Shown here: one piece after another, positions 24,544-33,351 of the stretch
How the letters are laid out: each line of letters opens with the position of its first letter
Numbering within the stretch: position 1 is the stretch's first letter
Virus record (IMG/VR): IMGVR_UViG_3300045988_124209
Location: 1 to 34,174 of that record
Direction: 5' to 3' (one strand)
DNA from: a virus
Length of the DNA: 34,174 nucleotides
The notes under the pieces: model-generated
The model's input: the letters and a program-made list of their open reading frames with translations, nothing else
Told to the model about the DNA's origin: nothing
Databases searched by the model: none
Made by a program: the position numbers and the translations under genes

Positions 24544-25518
24544 CTATTTATTTAATTCTTTTATAGTAGCATTTATTTTTTTTATTTTAGCATTTGTTTT
24601 ATCTACCTCACTTCCATTTCCTAAATCTTCATATATTTTTTTATCATTTTTTAATTTAGTTCTTTTTAGTTGTAGGGCTTGTATCTTTTGCTTTTTTTCA
24701 TAATCTTCTTGCCACTCATCAGAATTATAATCGTTCTCTTGTATTTGGTCTTTATCCCAATATATAGTCCATTGATGTCTACAATTAGGATGACCTACAC
24801 CACCAGCAATTGCTTCTTCTTGTGGATAATATTTAATTCCATCAGAAGTATATCCACTCTTTCCCTCTTTACTATATATCTTACCTTGATAAGGCATACA
24901 TAAAGGGCAAGCAAATGTATGGGCTGGTAAGTATAAGAGTTCTTTCTCTAATAAATTAGCATCGTACATCGTTCTATTCCAACCTGCGTGATTTAGATTA
25001 GTATTATATAGCATTGAATTATAATCAGCAATGTTATGCCAACTTCTTACCGAGCCATCTTTATTATGGTATGGTATAGTTGCTTGCACTTCATCATATT
25101 TAGTTACTAGTTTAGATAAATAACTCTCTCTATCTATATAACTTTTATTTGCAGTTTTTCTTCTACCTTTATAATATTCATCAATGTTATATTTATATTT
25201 CTTTTCTACATTTTGGAATACTCTTTCGTTTGCTAATTCATATATTTGTTTATATTCAGCATCAGGATTTATTATCTTATTTCCCTCTAAATCTCTAGCC
25301 TTGATCATATCTTCGAGTTCTTTTATTCTTTCAGCCATATATTTATGGTCTACCTTTTCCCATATTTTTGTTGTTTCTTTTTTGAACTCTGATAGTGTTT
25401 TATTTTTATATAAGTAGTCGAAGAATACTCGTTTAGTTTCATACATTAGTTTATAATATTCATTTTTTGAATAGTAAGCACTATCTTCTATAAATAAACT
25501 AAATGGGTCTTTCTTCAT
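24544..25518 (-). CDS. head morphogenesis protein (SPP1 gp7 / Mu F-like)
   Basis: ORF track. Motifs CPLCMPYQGKIY and GHPNCRHQW. It follows the portal gene. Confidence 0.7.
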   Translation of the reverse strand: MKKDPFSLFIEDSAYYSKNEYYKLMYETKRVFFDYLYKNKTLSEFKKETTKIWEKVDHKYMAERIKELEDMIKARDLEGNKIINPDAEYKQIYELANERVFQNVEKKYKYNIDEYYKGRRKTANKSYIDRESYLSKLVTKYDEVQATIPYHNKDGSVRSWHNIADYNSMLYNTNLNHAGWNRTMYDANLLEKELLYLPAHTFACPLCMPYQGKIYSKEGKSGYTSDGIKYYPQEEAIAGGVGHPNCRHQWTIYWDKDQIQENDYNSDEWQEDYEKKQKIQALQLKRTKLKNDKKIYEDLGNGSEVDKTNAKIKKINATIKELNK

Positions 25519-26882
25519 TATACTTCTCCAAACTTAACTTGTATTTCTTCTTCTTCCTCTTTATTAGCATTAATTAATTCTTCTATTAATTTACTATTCT
25601 TTCCTACATAATCATCATCAATTAACTTATTAAGAATAGGTGTTATTATTTTAGCCTTTATGCTATACGGAACACTTCCAACACTTTGAATTCTATTTAA
25701 TACTTGAAGTTTCTTCATATCATCAAATTTATCATTTGCTCCATAATCCCAATTTAATTCAATAGGTATTAAATTAACTTGTATATTATTTGCTTGTTGT
25801 GCTTTAACAACATTTTCAAGTAAATGATTTATTTGAGGCTCTATTTGTGTCTTAATTGCCTCAATAGTCATATCAGAATTATTCTTACTTAAATCTATAC
25901 TATCAACATTTTGATAAGCATCTTTTTCATATCCGAATGTTGCAGGACTTAGTCCAGCCATTTGAATTACTTGATAATCGCAAAATTTAAATGAACTAAT
26001 ATATTCATTAAATCTAATATTACCTTGTAAAAACTCAAATAATTGGTGGTCTTTATCGCCAGGTAATAAAGTAAAGTAGTCTGCTAATTTACCTACTGAT
26101 AATGTATCTACCTTATAATGATTAGAAGCAGGTTGCCAATTAGTTACTATATCTCCACTTTGATAATGCTGACTTGTTACTATTTTGGTCTTAGTCTTTT
26201 CTATTTCATCAACAAAGGTATTGAATATTTCCATTTCTTCATTTAAGAACTTTTTACTATCTTTAAAGAAATTTTGACCTATATCTATATTGATTAGATT
26301 TTCATAAGGCAATATATACTTAGCAATGTATTCATTACCAGTTCTTAGATTAAATGTTCCTAAATCAATAGGTATTAATTTACCACCTTTATCTTCTTTG
26401 AATACTTCCATAGTCATATAAGTAATACCATTTTCTAACTTAATATTTCTATGAAGTTCGTATATATCTTCTTTAGTAACAAACTCTTGTATGATAGTAC
26501 CGCCTATTACTTTGTCATATTTTTGTACCAAATCATGAATATCTGATTTTTTGATGCATTCTAAATATATCTTATTATCAAATTTATTTATTAATATAAA
26601 ACTCTCTTCTTCATATACTGCTAATTCTAGGCTCTCTTTAAGTGTAGGCATTAACCAATTTATTGATAATCCCTCTGTCTGTGTTACTAAGTCTGAACCA
26701 AATATTTGATTAACTATATATGTAGCAACCTTTTTACCACTAGGGGCAATTATATAGTCATTTTTTTTATAAATATTAGGCTTTCCATTAGTTATACCAG
26801 GTTGAGTTACTGTTGCCTCTACTCTTATATATGGAGCCTCTAAATAGTTGTATGCTGATTTTAACCTTACTTGATTATTCAT
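25518..26882 (-). CDS. portal protein
   Basis: ORF track, 454 aa. Lies downstream of the terminase block and directly upstream of the gp7-like gene. Confidence 0.7.
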   Translation of the reverse strand: MNNQVRLKSAYNYLEAPYIRVEATVTQPGITNGKPNIYKKNDYIIAPSGKKVATYIVNQIFGSDLVTQTEGLSINWLMPTLKESLELAVYEEESFILINKFDNKIYLECIKKSDIHDLVQKYDKVIGGTIIQEFVTKEDIYELHRNIKLENGITYMTMEVFKEDKGGKLIPIDLGTFNLRTGNEYIAKYILPYENLINIDIGQNFFKDSKKFLNEEMEIFNTFVDEIEKTKTKIVTSQHYQSGDIVTNWQPASNHYKVDTLSVGKLADYFTLLPGDKDHQLFEFLQGNIRFNEYISSFKFCDYQVIQMAGLSPATFGYEKDAYQNVDSIDLSKNNSDMTIEAIKTQIEPQINHLLENVVKAQQANNIQVNLIPIELNWDYGANDKFDDMKKLQVLNRIQSVGSVPYSIKAKIITPILNKLIDDDYVGKNSKLIEELINANKEEEEEIQVKFGEV

Positions 26883-27229
26883 TTAATATCAACTCCCTCA
26901 TATATTAGAGTTTCAATATGAGCCTCTCTTTTTTTCTCATTAGTCAATTTATATTTATAACTTTGAACAATGATTTGAACCATTTTGTTAGTACCAACCA
27001 AATGCTTTTTACCTCTTACTCTTACTATGTAGAACTTACCCATTGGTGCAAAGTCTTTATCTATTTTTCTTTTATCTATGCATTGCCCATTTAAATATAA
27101 ATACAAAGTCCATTTCTTATTGTTTTCATAATATAATTTCATTTTTTGCACTTTTTCTGCATTTTTTTTAATTATTTTACCTAAAATGGTACTTATATTA
27201 TCAATAAAATTATTAATTAGAGTTCTCAT
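26879..27229 (-). CDS. hypothetical protein (116 aa)
   Basis: ORF track (listed to 27268). The start is moved to ATG 27229, 6 nt after GGAG, giving MRTLINNF... Confidence 0.5.
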   Translation of the reverse strand: MRTLINNFIDNISTILGKIIKKNAEKVQKMKLYYENNKKWTLYLYLNGQCIDKRKIDKDFAPMGKFYIVRVRGKKHLVGTNKMVQIIVQSYKYKLTNEKKREAHIETLIYEGVDIK

Positions 27230-27337
27230 TTTTAACTCCTTTCTGTGCGTATAAATAATAAAAAACATATAGTTATCTCTTTAACTATATGCTTCTTATG
27301 TTTACGACACACTTTTTCGCACTTTTCTATCACTTAA

Positions 27338-27366
27338 ATTATAGCATAATTATTTATTGTTGTCAA
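27338..27366 (-). promoter_or_regulatory. consensus promoter TTGACA-17-(TGC)TATAAT
   Basis: Minus strand: TTGACA (27366-27361), a 17-nt spacer ending in TGC, TATAAT (27343-27338). A 10-bp-arm palindrome lies downstream at 27266-27291. Confidence 0.7.
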
Positions 27367-27565
27367 CATCTCTTTTATAACTTCTAATATGTATATAATG
27401 GCTAGGATATATTTCATATACTTCAATACATTTACATTTTCTGCACGCAAATTCTATTTCTAAAGGCATTTCTACTTCTATTCCTATTTTTTTTAAATTA
27501 GCATAATACTTTTCTATATTTATATTTGCAAGAAATTTATTACTTCCTTTACATTTTATTATCAT
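27350..27565 (-). CDS. hypothetical Cys-containing small protein (possibly Com-like zinc finger)
   Basis: ORF track. IKCKGSNKFLA...ACRKCKC. The family assignment is weak. Confidence 0.45.
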   Translation of the reverse strand: MIIKCKGSNKFLANINIEKYYANLKKIGIEVEMPLEIEFACRKCKCIEVYEIYPSHYIHIRSYKRDVDNNK

Positions 27566-27567
27566 TT

Positions 27568-28068
27568 CTATTCCTCATATTTCCAAACAAAACCATATGC
27601 TGTTTTTCTTTCGCCTCTGCAACAATCATATATGTGGCATATATTTTTTAATTCTTTTTTTATTTCCCATATATTATTATATGTTTTTATATATTTACCT
27701 TTTGTATCAAATTTTTTTATTTTTTTCATTTTAATTAGCCCAGTTTCCAAAGCATGATGCGTATTGTATTTAATTGTACACCATTCTAAATTATCTATGT
27801 TGTTATTAGATGGATTTCCATCTTTATGATTTATAATTGGATAATTATTAGGGTTTGGTATAAATGCTTCAGCTACTAATCTGTGAACAAAAAATTTTTT
27901 GCCTTTTGAGTTTTTCAATAATGCAACTCTTTTATAACCATTTTTATCATCTAATAATCTTTCTTTTTCAAATTTGGTGTTATTATAATTTAAACTCTTG
28001 ACATTTCCTAAATTACTAATCAAATATTTATCCTCATAACCTTTAATCTCTTTCCAAATTTCTTTCAT
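27568..28068 (-). CDS. free-standing HNH endonuclease (NUMOD4-like plus HNH_3-like), paralog of the intron-encoded one
   Basis: ORF track. WKEIKGYEDKYLISNLGNVKS, then HRLVAEAFIPNP...INHKDGNPSNNNIDNLEW. Confidence 0.8.
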   Translation of the reverse strand: MKEIWKEIKGYEDKYLISNLGNVKSLNYNNTKFEKERLLDDKNGYKRVALLKNSKGKKFFVHRLVAEAFIPNPNNYPIINHKDGNPSNNNIDNLEWCTIKYNTHHALETGLIKMKKIKKFDTKGKYIKTYNNIWEIKKELKNICHIYDCCRGERKTAYGFVWKYEE

Positions 28069-28122
28069 AATACACCTCCAATATGTATTTATAGGGAAGA
28101 TTGGAGCATTCCCTCTATTTGT

Positions 28123-28151
28123 AGTATAGCATATTTATCTAAATTATACAA
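28123..28151 (-). promoter_or_regulatory. promoter-like TTGTAT-17-(TGC)TATACT upstream of the HNH gene
   Basis: Minus strand hexamers at 28151-28146 and 28128-28123, with an extended -10 TG. Confidence 0.45.
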
Positions 28152-29520
28152 CAGGGCATTTATCTTGATTTTTCCAATTCTCTAATAGATATCTGGTTGC
28201 ATCTATGTTGTGGTCATTTTCTTTTACATAAGCCTCTTTACCTGTTTTAGCACTTGTCTTTAAGTCATATCTATAACTTTCTAATTCCAATATTCCCTCA
28301 TCTTTACTACTATATATTAATTCGCCATTGTCCGTTATATGTTTTATAGAATTTTGTTTATATATAAAGAAATATTTTTTGTAGAACAATGATTGCAAAT
28401 GCTGTACTCCTTCTACCACCGAACCTGGTCCTTTTACTGCTAAAGAATGTGGAATATTGTCTGCTAATAATCTATTATGAAAATGTGTTGCTTCACTATC
28501 TAATACTATTGTAGTTATAGGAACTTGTCCATACTCACTTTTAAGATACAACAAGAATAATCTTAATTGCTTGCTAAAATATTCAGTTGTAGGGTTGTCT
28601 TGTTCTTCTTTAGCGTTATGATAATATATTTCTAACCTAATCAATACCCATTTCTTTTCAACTTTATTATATGCCAGTGCAATTGGTACAAATGTAGTAG
28701 GGTTTGAATTTCCGTAGTCTATTCCTATTCCTATTTCTCTGAAAGCATAGTCATTTAAATCATTAATGATGTTTATTGTTGTAAAAATTTTTCCAGTTGC
28801 AAGCACCCATCTATTAAATATCTTTTGTTCTCTTAGATTTCCAGGAGGGAACATTTCTAATACCTTTCGCATTGCTTCTTCTGTTTTTATCTTAGGGTTG
28901 TCATAAGGGAAGAAAGAATAATGCTTAGCATAAGGCTTCTTATCTATGTAATCAATCTTGTATGGATGATTTTCTCCACCCTCAACATTGAATGAATGTA
29001 TAGTCTTTAAATAAGGATGGTCTGCATAAGATACTTGTCTACCAGGAAATTCATTAAATGGCTCTCTTAAATTATCTTGCGAATATATCCTGGCACTTTC
29101 ATCTATCCACTCAAATATCAAAGGTTTACCTAATATCTTATTAAATGCAAGTACATTATTAAAACCAAAAAAATAGTATCTAATATTATATATTTCAAGA
29201 TATTTATCATCAGTCTGCCACCTTAATATATAATCTCTTCCTTTTTCTAACTTCATATCATCTAGAAACTTTTTTAAAGGTTCTAAGATGTTACCTTTTA
29301 ATGTCTCTAAACTCCAACCTGTTATAGAACCGAAATAAGTTTCATTTGGATTATAGTTATACAAGGCTTGAGCATATAAGATGCACCCCAAACATATATC
29401 AAAGGTCTTGCCACTCTGTGTACTTCCTAATACATATATTTCAGTTAGATTAGGGCTAATTATATCATTTAGTAATTGACTTTGCTTTTTTGATAGTGTT
29501 AGATTTAGACTTGTTTCCAT
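28144..29520 (-). CDS. terL: terminase large subunit
   Basis: ORF track, 458 aa. Walker A is GSTQSGKT and Walker B-like is LIFEWIDE. GGGAG lies 7 nt upstream of the ATG. Confidence 0.85.
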   Translation of the reverse strand: METSLNLTLSKKQSQLLNDIISPNLTEIYVLGSTQSGKTFDICLGCILYAQALYNYNPNETYFGSITGWSLETLKGNILEPLKKFLDDMKLEKGRDYILRWQTDDKYLEIYNIRYYFFGFNNVLAFNKILGKPLIFEWIDESARIYSQDNLREPFNEFPGRQVSYADHPYLKTIHSFNVEGGENHPYKIDYIDKKPYAKHYSFFPYDNPKIKTEEAMRKVLEMFPPGNLREQKIFNRWVLATGKIFTTINIINDLNDYAFREIGIGIDYGNSNPTTFVPIALAYNKVEKKWVLIRLEIYYHNAKEEQDNPTTEYFSKQLRLFLLYLKSEYGQVPITTIVLDSEATHFHNRLLADNIPHSLAVKGPGSVVEGVQHLQSLFYKKYFFIYKQNSIKHITDNGELIYSSKDEGILELESYRYDLKTSAKTGKEAYVKENDHNIDATRYLLENWKNQDKCPVV

Positions 29521-29701
29521 TTTCCAACTCCCTATCTATTTCTTCAATTCTTTGAGTAGTCTTACCTTGACACTCATTGCTTTCTATATCTTTAATGATT
29601 AATTCTTTCTTTTCTAATTTTAGTTTCTCTTCGTTAGATACAATCAAGCCATTACTGTCCTTGATTAAATATCTATCTTCTCTCAATTTAATAAACTCCA
29701 T
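29465..29701 (-). CDS. hypothetical protein (78 aa) overlapping the terL start
   Basis: ORF track. Confidence 0.5.
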   Translation of the reverse strand: MEFIKLREDRYLIKDSNGLIVSNEEKLKLEKKELIIKDIESNECQGKTTQRIEEIDRELENGNKSKSNTIKKAKSITK

Positions 29702-29710
29702 ATTTACCTC

Positions 29711-29953
29711 CTATTTAAGTCTAAATACTTGTCCATTATCAGAATACATACCATAGCCATTGCCTAAGTCTTTATATACTCTTCCATTATTTAATTTAAT
29801 TTTACTTTCCGCTGTTTTCGGAATGTTAGGCATAGCCTTAACAAACTTAGCAGGTACTTCTACTTTTTCATCTTGAACTTGTGGATTAACCGGCTTGTTA
29901 TCTAAACTAATAACATCAACCTTTTTCTTTCCAGTGTTACTTTTTTTTGCCAT
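29711..29953 (-). CDS. hypothetical protein (80 aa)
   Basis: ORF track (listed to 29992 from a GTG). The start is moved to ATG 29953, 6 nt after GGAGGTG, giving MAKKSNTGKKKVDV... Confidence 0.55.
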   Translation of the reverse strand: MAKKSNTGKKKVDVISLDNKPVNPQVQDEKVEVPAKFVKAMPNIPKTAESKIKLNNGRVYKDLGNGYGMYSDNGQVFRLK

Positions 29954-29984
29954 TTCTGACACCTCCTTTTTCTTTCCAGTGTTA
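29920..29984. repeat. 20-bp perfect direct repeat (cctttttctttccagtgtta) at 29920-29939 and 29965-29984
   Basis: Read directly from the sequence. One copy is coding (NTGKKK). The other spans the SD and 5' UTR. Confidence 0.9.
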
Positions 29985-29992
29985 TTAAACAC

Positions 29993-30680
29993 TACACTAA
30001 TAATATGTCTAGTTTTCTAAAGTAGTTAGCCTGTTAGAAATATAGTACCGCATTGGCGAACCTAACCTACACTTGCATATTATCAGTGTACTGCTTAATA
30101 GCAGTACTTATAAAGGGGTTTGGTTTAGTAGTGCTTATAATCAATATAAAGGTCAACTAAACCTTGCGTTTTAGTTTTTTCAGTCAGCAACTTCTTCCGA
30201 GACTTTTTAAACCATAAATTAATATGTTAAACTCGATACAGTCTTTTATATATTTTTTATAAGCACCATAGAACAGATAAGGCTTTAACAAACTCGTCAG
30301 TTCGTCTATTTCCATAGAAGTACTCCAGCATCAGCGATACTTTCTATAACCATTTGCTCCATTATTTCTATCTGCTCTATGCTACCTATAAAATAGATAG
30401 CACTTTAATAAAATTAGGATATGATAGTACTTATAAATGTTTACTGACACCCTAAACCATAGTCAGGCATCGGTTCTTTAAGTCTTTTACACTTATAAGT
30501 ACTATACTGATGATATAACTAGTCGTTTATAAGCGATTAAGTCCTCCTAATTAAATTAGCGGGCATATATCATCAGTATACTACCTATAAGGGTAGTATT
30601 CACAAAATTTGTATTACTTGCCCCACCTCTCACATTAATACTTGATATACTCATTCGCGGTTTGTATATCTCCCAACCTT
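29993..30680 (-). other. 688-bp ORF-free, G+C-elevated region dense in hairpins and repeats. Candidate large structured ncRNA or packaging-recognition region.
   Basis: The track lists no ORF here, and my longest reading is about 43 codons. A 15-bp perfect inverted repeat lies at 30503-30517 / 30566-30580. There are 7-bp hairpins at 30088-30107 and 30579-30598. About 9 copies of a YTTATAAG-type motif occur in both orientations. Confidence 0.5.
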
Positions 30681-31109
30681 TTATAATTCATCTATTGTTA
30701 AATTATACTTATATTCAAATAATTTCTTCTTTAATTTATAAACATCTGTTCTAACTCCTTTGGTATCTTCTACTACCCATTTATTATCAATATAATCGTA
30801 ATAGTAAAAGTCTGCTATGTAGTAAATAGGTCTTATCTTTTTACCTTTAGCATTTGTGTATCCCTCTTGAAGTAAGAACTTTTTTTGTAGTTCTAGATTA
30901 CATATATAATCAGTACTCTCTAATAATTCAAGGTCTTTATATCTCTGCATTTCTTTTTTACTATCAAACTTTATTCCATTGTAGATAACTTTGGTATTGT
31001 GATACTTTGTAGCATAAGGGCTTAAACCACTTGTCATTTTTAAATATTCTTTAGAAGAGTTTTGATATTTGCTATATAATTGTTTTATTTCTTTACTTCT
31101 TATTATCAT
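30681..31109 (-). CDS. DUF1064-family (PD-(D/E)xK-like) protein
   Basis: ORF track (listed to 31118 from a GTG). The start is moved to ATG 31109, 8 nt after GGAGAG. Motifs: GIKFDSKKEMQRYKDLELLE...YYIADFYYYD...VVEDTKG..T..YKLKKKL. Confidence 0.6.
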   Translation of the reverse strand: MIIRSKEIKQLYSKYQNSSKEYLKMTSGLSPYATKYHNTKVIYNGIKFDSKKEMQRYKDLELLESTDYICNLELQKKFLLQEGYTNAKGKKIRPIYYIADFYYYDYIDNKWVVEDTKGVRTDVYKLKKKLFEYKYNLTIDEL

Positions 31110-31458
31110 ATAACACACTCTCCAAATTACTATTATCTACTACTTCTAATTTTATTGTTGGAACTGATACCTTGGTTTTTTCTGGTTCTAATTCTCCTAT
31201 CGTTTCAAGGATAGTTTTATAATTGGAAGCATTACCTGCCATTGCTCCATGAAGCAACCCCTTATTAACTAAGTCTTGATAAGTTTTTCCAGTTGGCTTC
31301 CCATTAGCATCTTTTACCTCTGTTTCTAGAACCTCCATTAAAGCCATTTTAAAGGTTTTTTTAAGCCTTCTTACTTCTCCGCTCCTCTTTCCGCCTTTCG
31401 AGGCTTCTTCAATTGTTAACTTGTATCCTCCTGGTATTAGGTTATCTTCTTTAGCCAT
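31093..31458 (-). CDS. terminase small subunit (putative)
   Basis: ORF track. NLIPGG...EEASKGGKRSGEVRRLKK is the N-terminal motif I associate with Firmicute phage small terminases. It lies upstream of terL. Confidence 0.5.
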   Translation of the reverse strand: MAKEDNLIPGGYKLTIEEASKGGKRSGEVRRLKKTFKMALMEVLETEVKDANGKPTGKTYQDLVNKGLLHGAMAGNASNYKTILETIGELEPEKTKVSVPTIKLEVVDNSNLESVLYDNKK

Positions 31459-31503
31459 TGTATCACCTACTTTGTTATATCTTTTAATCTTTCATAATTA
31501 CAC

Positions 31504-31707
31504 TTATTTTTCTCTAGTGATGCCTTTTATTGCCCACATACAGGCTTCTTCTATTTTTGTCATTGCTAAACTTTTTTCTCTGCTATCTTTCAAATTTTCA
31601 AGTATATAAGTTGCAATATCGGTAAAAGCATTTCTCGTGTTGTCAATTTTTTCTTGAGTTTCTTCCTTATAAATGGCATTCATTAGTTCATTTGCTTTTT
31701 TTCTCAT
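31504..31707 (-). CDS. hypothetical protein (67 aa)
   Basis: ORF track. One-base overlap with the upstream gene. Confidence 0.55.
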   Translation of the reverse strand: MRKKANELMNAIYKEETQEKIDNTRNAFTDIATYILENLKDSREKSLAMTKIEEACMWAIKGITREK

Positions 31708-32120
31708 TATTTTACCTCTGCCATTTCTAAATATTTATTATTGATTTCTTCTACATAAGATAAGGCTTTTTCTTTGCTATTATATGCTTTTTTTAAACCT
31801 AAACCATTTTTGACCACCCATACTTGGCTAACTTCTACTTCAGCATCTATGATAGTACCTTTGTCCTTTTCGTTTTTAGTTTTAGTATATTTATCTACAG
31901 GCTTAGTAATTTTAATTTTATTATATTCAACATCTTTATCAATTATCATTTCAAATAATGCCTTTTTATAACTTATTTCATCTAATTCCATATATTCTAC
32001 ATTGCATAATAATTGCCCTGTAGGTATTAACATATAATTCCCTTTTTCATCTTCATATTTTGCTATTTCTTTTGTTACCTTTGTTATATTTTTATTAAAC
32101 TTAATTAAATCTCTTTCCAT
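31707..32120 (-). CDS. hypothetical protein (137 aa)
   Basis: ORF track. AAAGGAGGAAAATAAAAA lies upstream of the ATG. Confidence 0.6.
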   Translation of the reverse strand: MERDLIKFNKNITKVTKEIAKYEDEKGNYMLIPTGQLLCNVEYMELDEISYKKALFEMIIDKDVEYNKIKITKPVDKYTKTKNEKDKGTIIDAEVEVSQVWVVKNGLGLKKAYNSKEKALSYVEEINNKYLEMAEVK

Positions 32121-32137
32121 TTTTTATTTTCCTCCTT

Positions 32138-32497
32138 TTATTTTATAAACTTCATTAGTTTTAATTCAGGTATTGTTATAATTTCATATCTTACTTCATT
32201 AAACTGAAAATCTTTATAATCACGAACTTCTATATTGAATTTATTACTTTCTTTAACTTCTTCAATATTCTTTATATATTCAATTAATTTTTCATTTGTT
32301 TTTTGTAAAGATAATAAATTACTGCTTAGTTCTTTTACTTCTTTTTCTAATTTTATTTTTTCATCTTGTAATTTATTATATTCTTTTTCTAAATTACTTT
32401 GAAATGGAATGCGTTCATTTACTTCTTGTATTTGTTTTTTAATAATGTTTCCTTATTCTTTTACTTCTTTTATAATTCCACCGCTTCCAAAAATCAT
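32138..32497 (-). CDS. coiled-coil hypothetical protein interrupted by an in-frame TAA (32453-32455) after codon 14
   Basis: My own reading gives MIFGSGGIIKEVKE*GNIIKKQIQEVNERIPFQSNLEKEYNKLQDEKIKLEKEVKELSSNLL...ELKLMKFIK*. The ATG overlaps the upstream TGA (ATGA). The 104 codons after the TAA have no ATG/GTG/TTG until 5 codons from the end. Confidence 0.5.
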
Positions 32498-32886
32498 CAT
32501 TTTCCTCCTAATTGACTTGTTTCTTTTAATCTTCCTTTTAAATTATCAAATACTTCTTTTGTAGGTATAAATATTTGAGGTATCTGATTAATTCTTCTTA
32601 ACTCTCTCCAATACTTTCGCTCTTCTTTATCTTTTATATTTGCTATGTTTATTGTTCTTGATTTTATTATATCATACAAAGGTTCAGTCTTAGGTATGCT
32701 TCCTAATTTTTTTTTAAATTCAAATAAACCTAATTGCATAAACTCTTTATACGAGATATTTTCATATCTACTACAATAAAAGGCATAGGCTTGGTCTAAA
32801 TCCTCTTGATATGCAAAGCAAAATATTGTTTTGTTACTTGCTTTTTTGCTATAACTATTCTTTATTTCCCTCACTGGGAGTATCAT
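32497..32886 (-). CDS. hypothetical protein (129 aa)
   Basis: ORF track. Confidence 0.6.
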   Translation of the reverse strand: MILPVREIKNSYSKKASNKTIFCFAYQEDLDQAYAFYCSRYENISYKEFMQLGLFEFKKKLGSIPKTEPLYDIIKSRTINIANIKDKEERKYWRELRRINQIPQIFIPTKEVFDNLKGRLKETSQLGGK

Positions 32887-33325
32887 CTAGTCCTTTGCTT
32901 ATTATCTGTCCTAATTTAGAACTAAATAATTGTAATTGCTTAGGTTGTTCTGCTTCTGGTATGTTATCAATACCCATATCATCAAATAAATCTTTTATGT
33001 TTTTGCTAAATAATTTTTCTATTATTTCATTTATTATAATAGCCTCTTCTAATTGAATATAGAATTTTTCGTATTCTTGATAATTTGTTTCATCATAAGT
33101 TATATGACCTTTTCCATCATCTTTTTTGATGATAAGGTCATTTTTTGTTATTCCTTGTTTACTTAATTCTTTATACATGTTAAGTCTTGCTGTTGCTACT
33201 ATTCCTTGTAACTTTTCAGCCATTTCAATTGTTCTTTTGAATTCAATAGATACTTCTTTTTTTTCTTTATTAGTATAAACTAATTTATAAGTATCTAGAT
33301 CAATCTTAATAAATTCATATTCCAT
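32855..33325 (-). CDS. hypothetical acidic protein (156 aa), first gene of the early operon
   Basis: ORF track. AAAGGAGAAATAAA lies upstream of the ATG. Confidence 0.6.
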   Translation of the reverse strand: MEYEFIKIDLDTYKLVYTNKEKKEVSIEFKRTIEMAEKLQGIVATARLNMYKELSKQGITKNDLIIKKDDGKGHITYDETNYQEYEKFYIQLEEAIIINEIIEKLFSKNIKDLFDDMGIDNIPEAEQPKQLQLFSSKLGQIISKGLDDTPSEGNKE

Positions 33326-33351
33326 TTTATTTCTCCTTTTCTTCCAATATT

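Noticed and set aside
29993-30680. Group I or group II intron, or a tRNA or suppressor tRNA, in the 688-bp ORF-free region
   Set aside because: - There is only one R-like GACUAU, with no matching AUAGUC partner downstream.
- There is no GUGYG 5' end and no domain V-like hairpin.
- I could not recognise a T-loop (GTTCRANYC) or a cloverleaf.
- The flanking ORFs (DUF1064, and the 80-aa ORF with its own SD) look complete rather than split.
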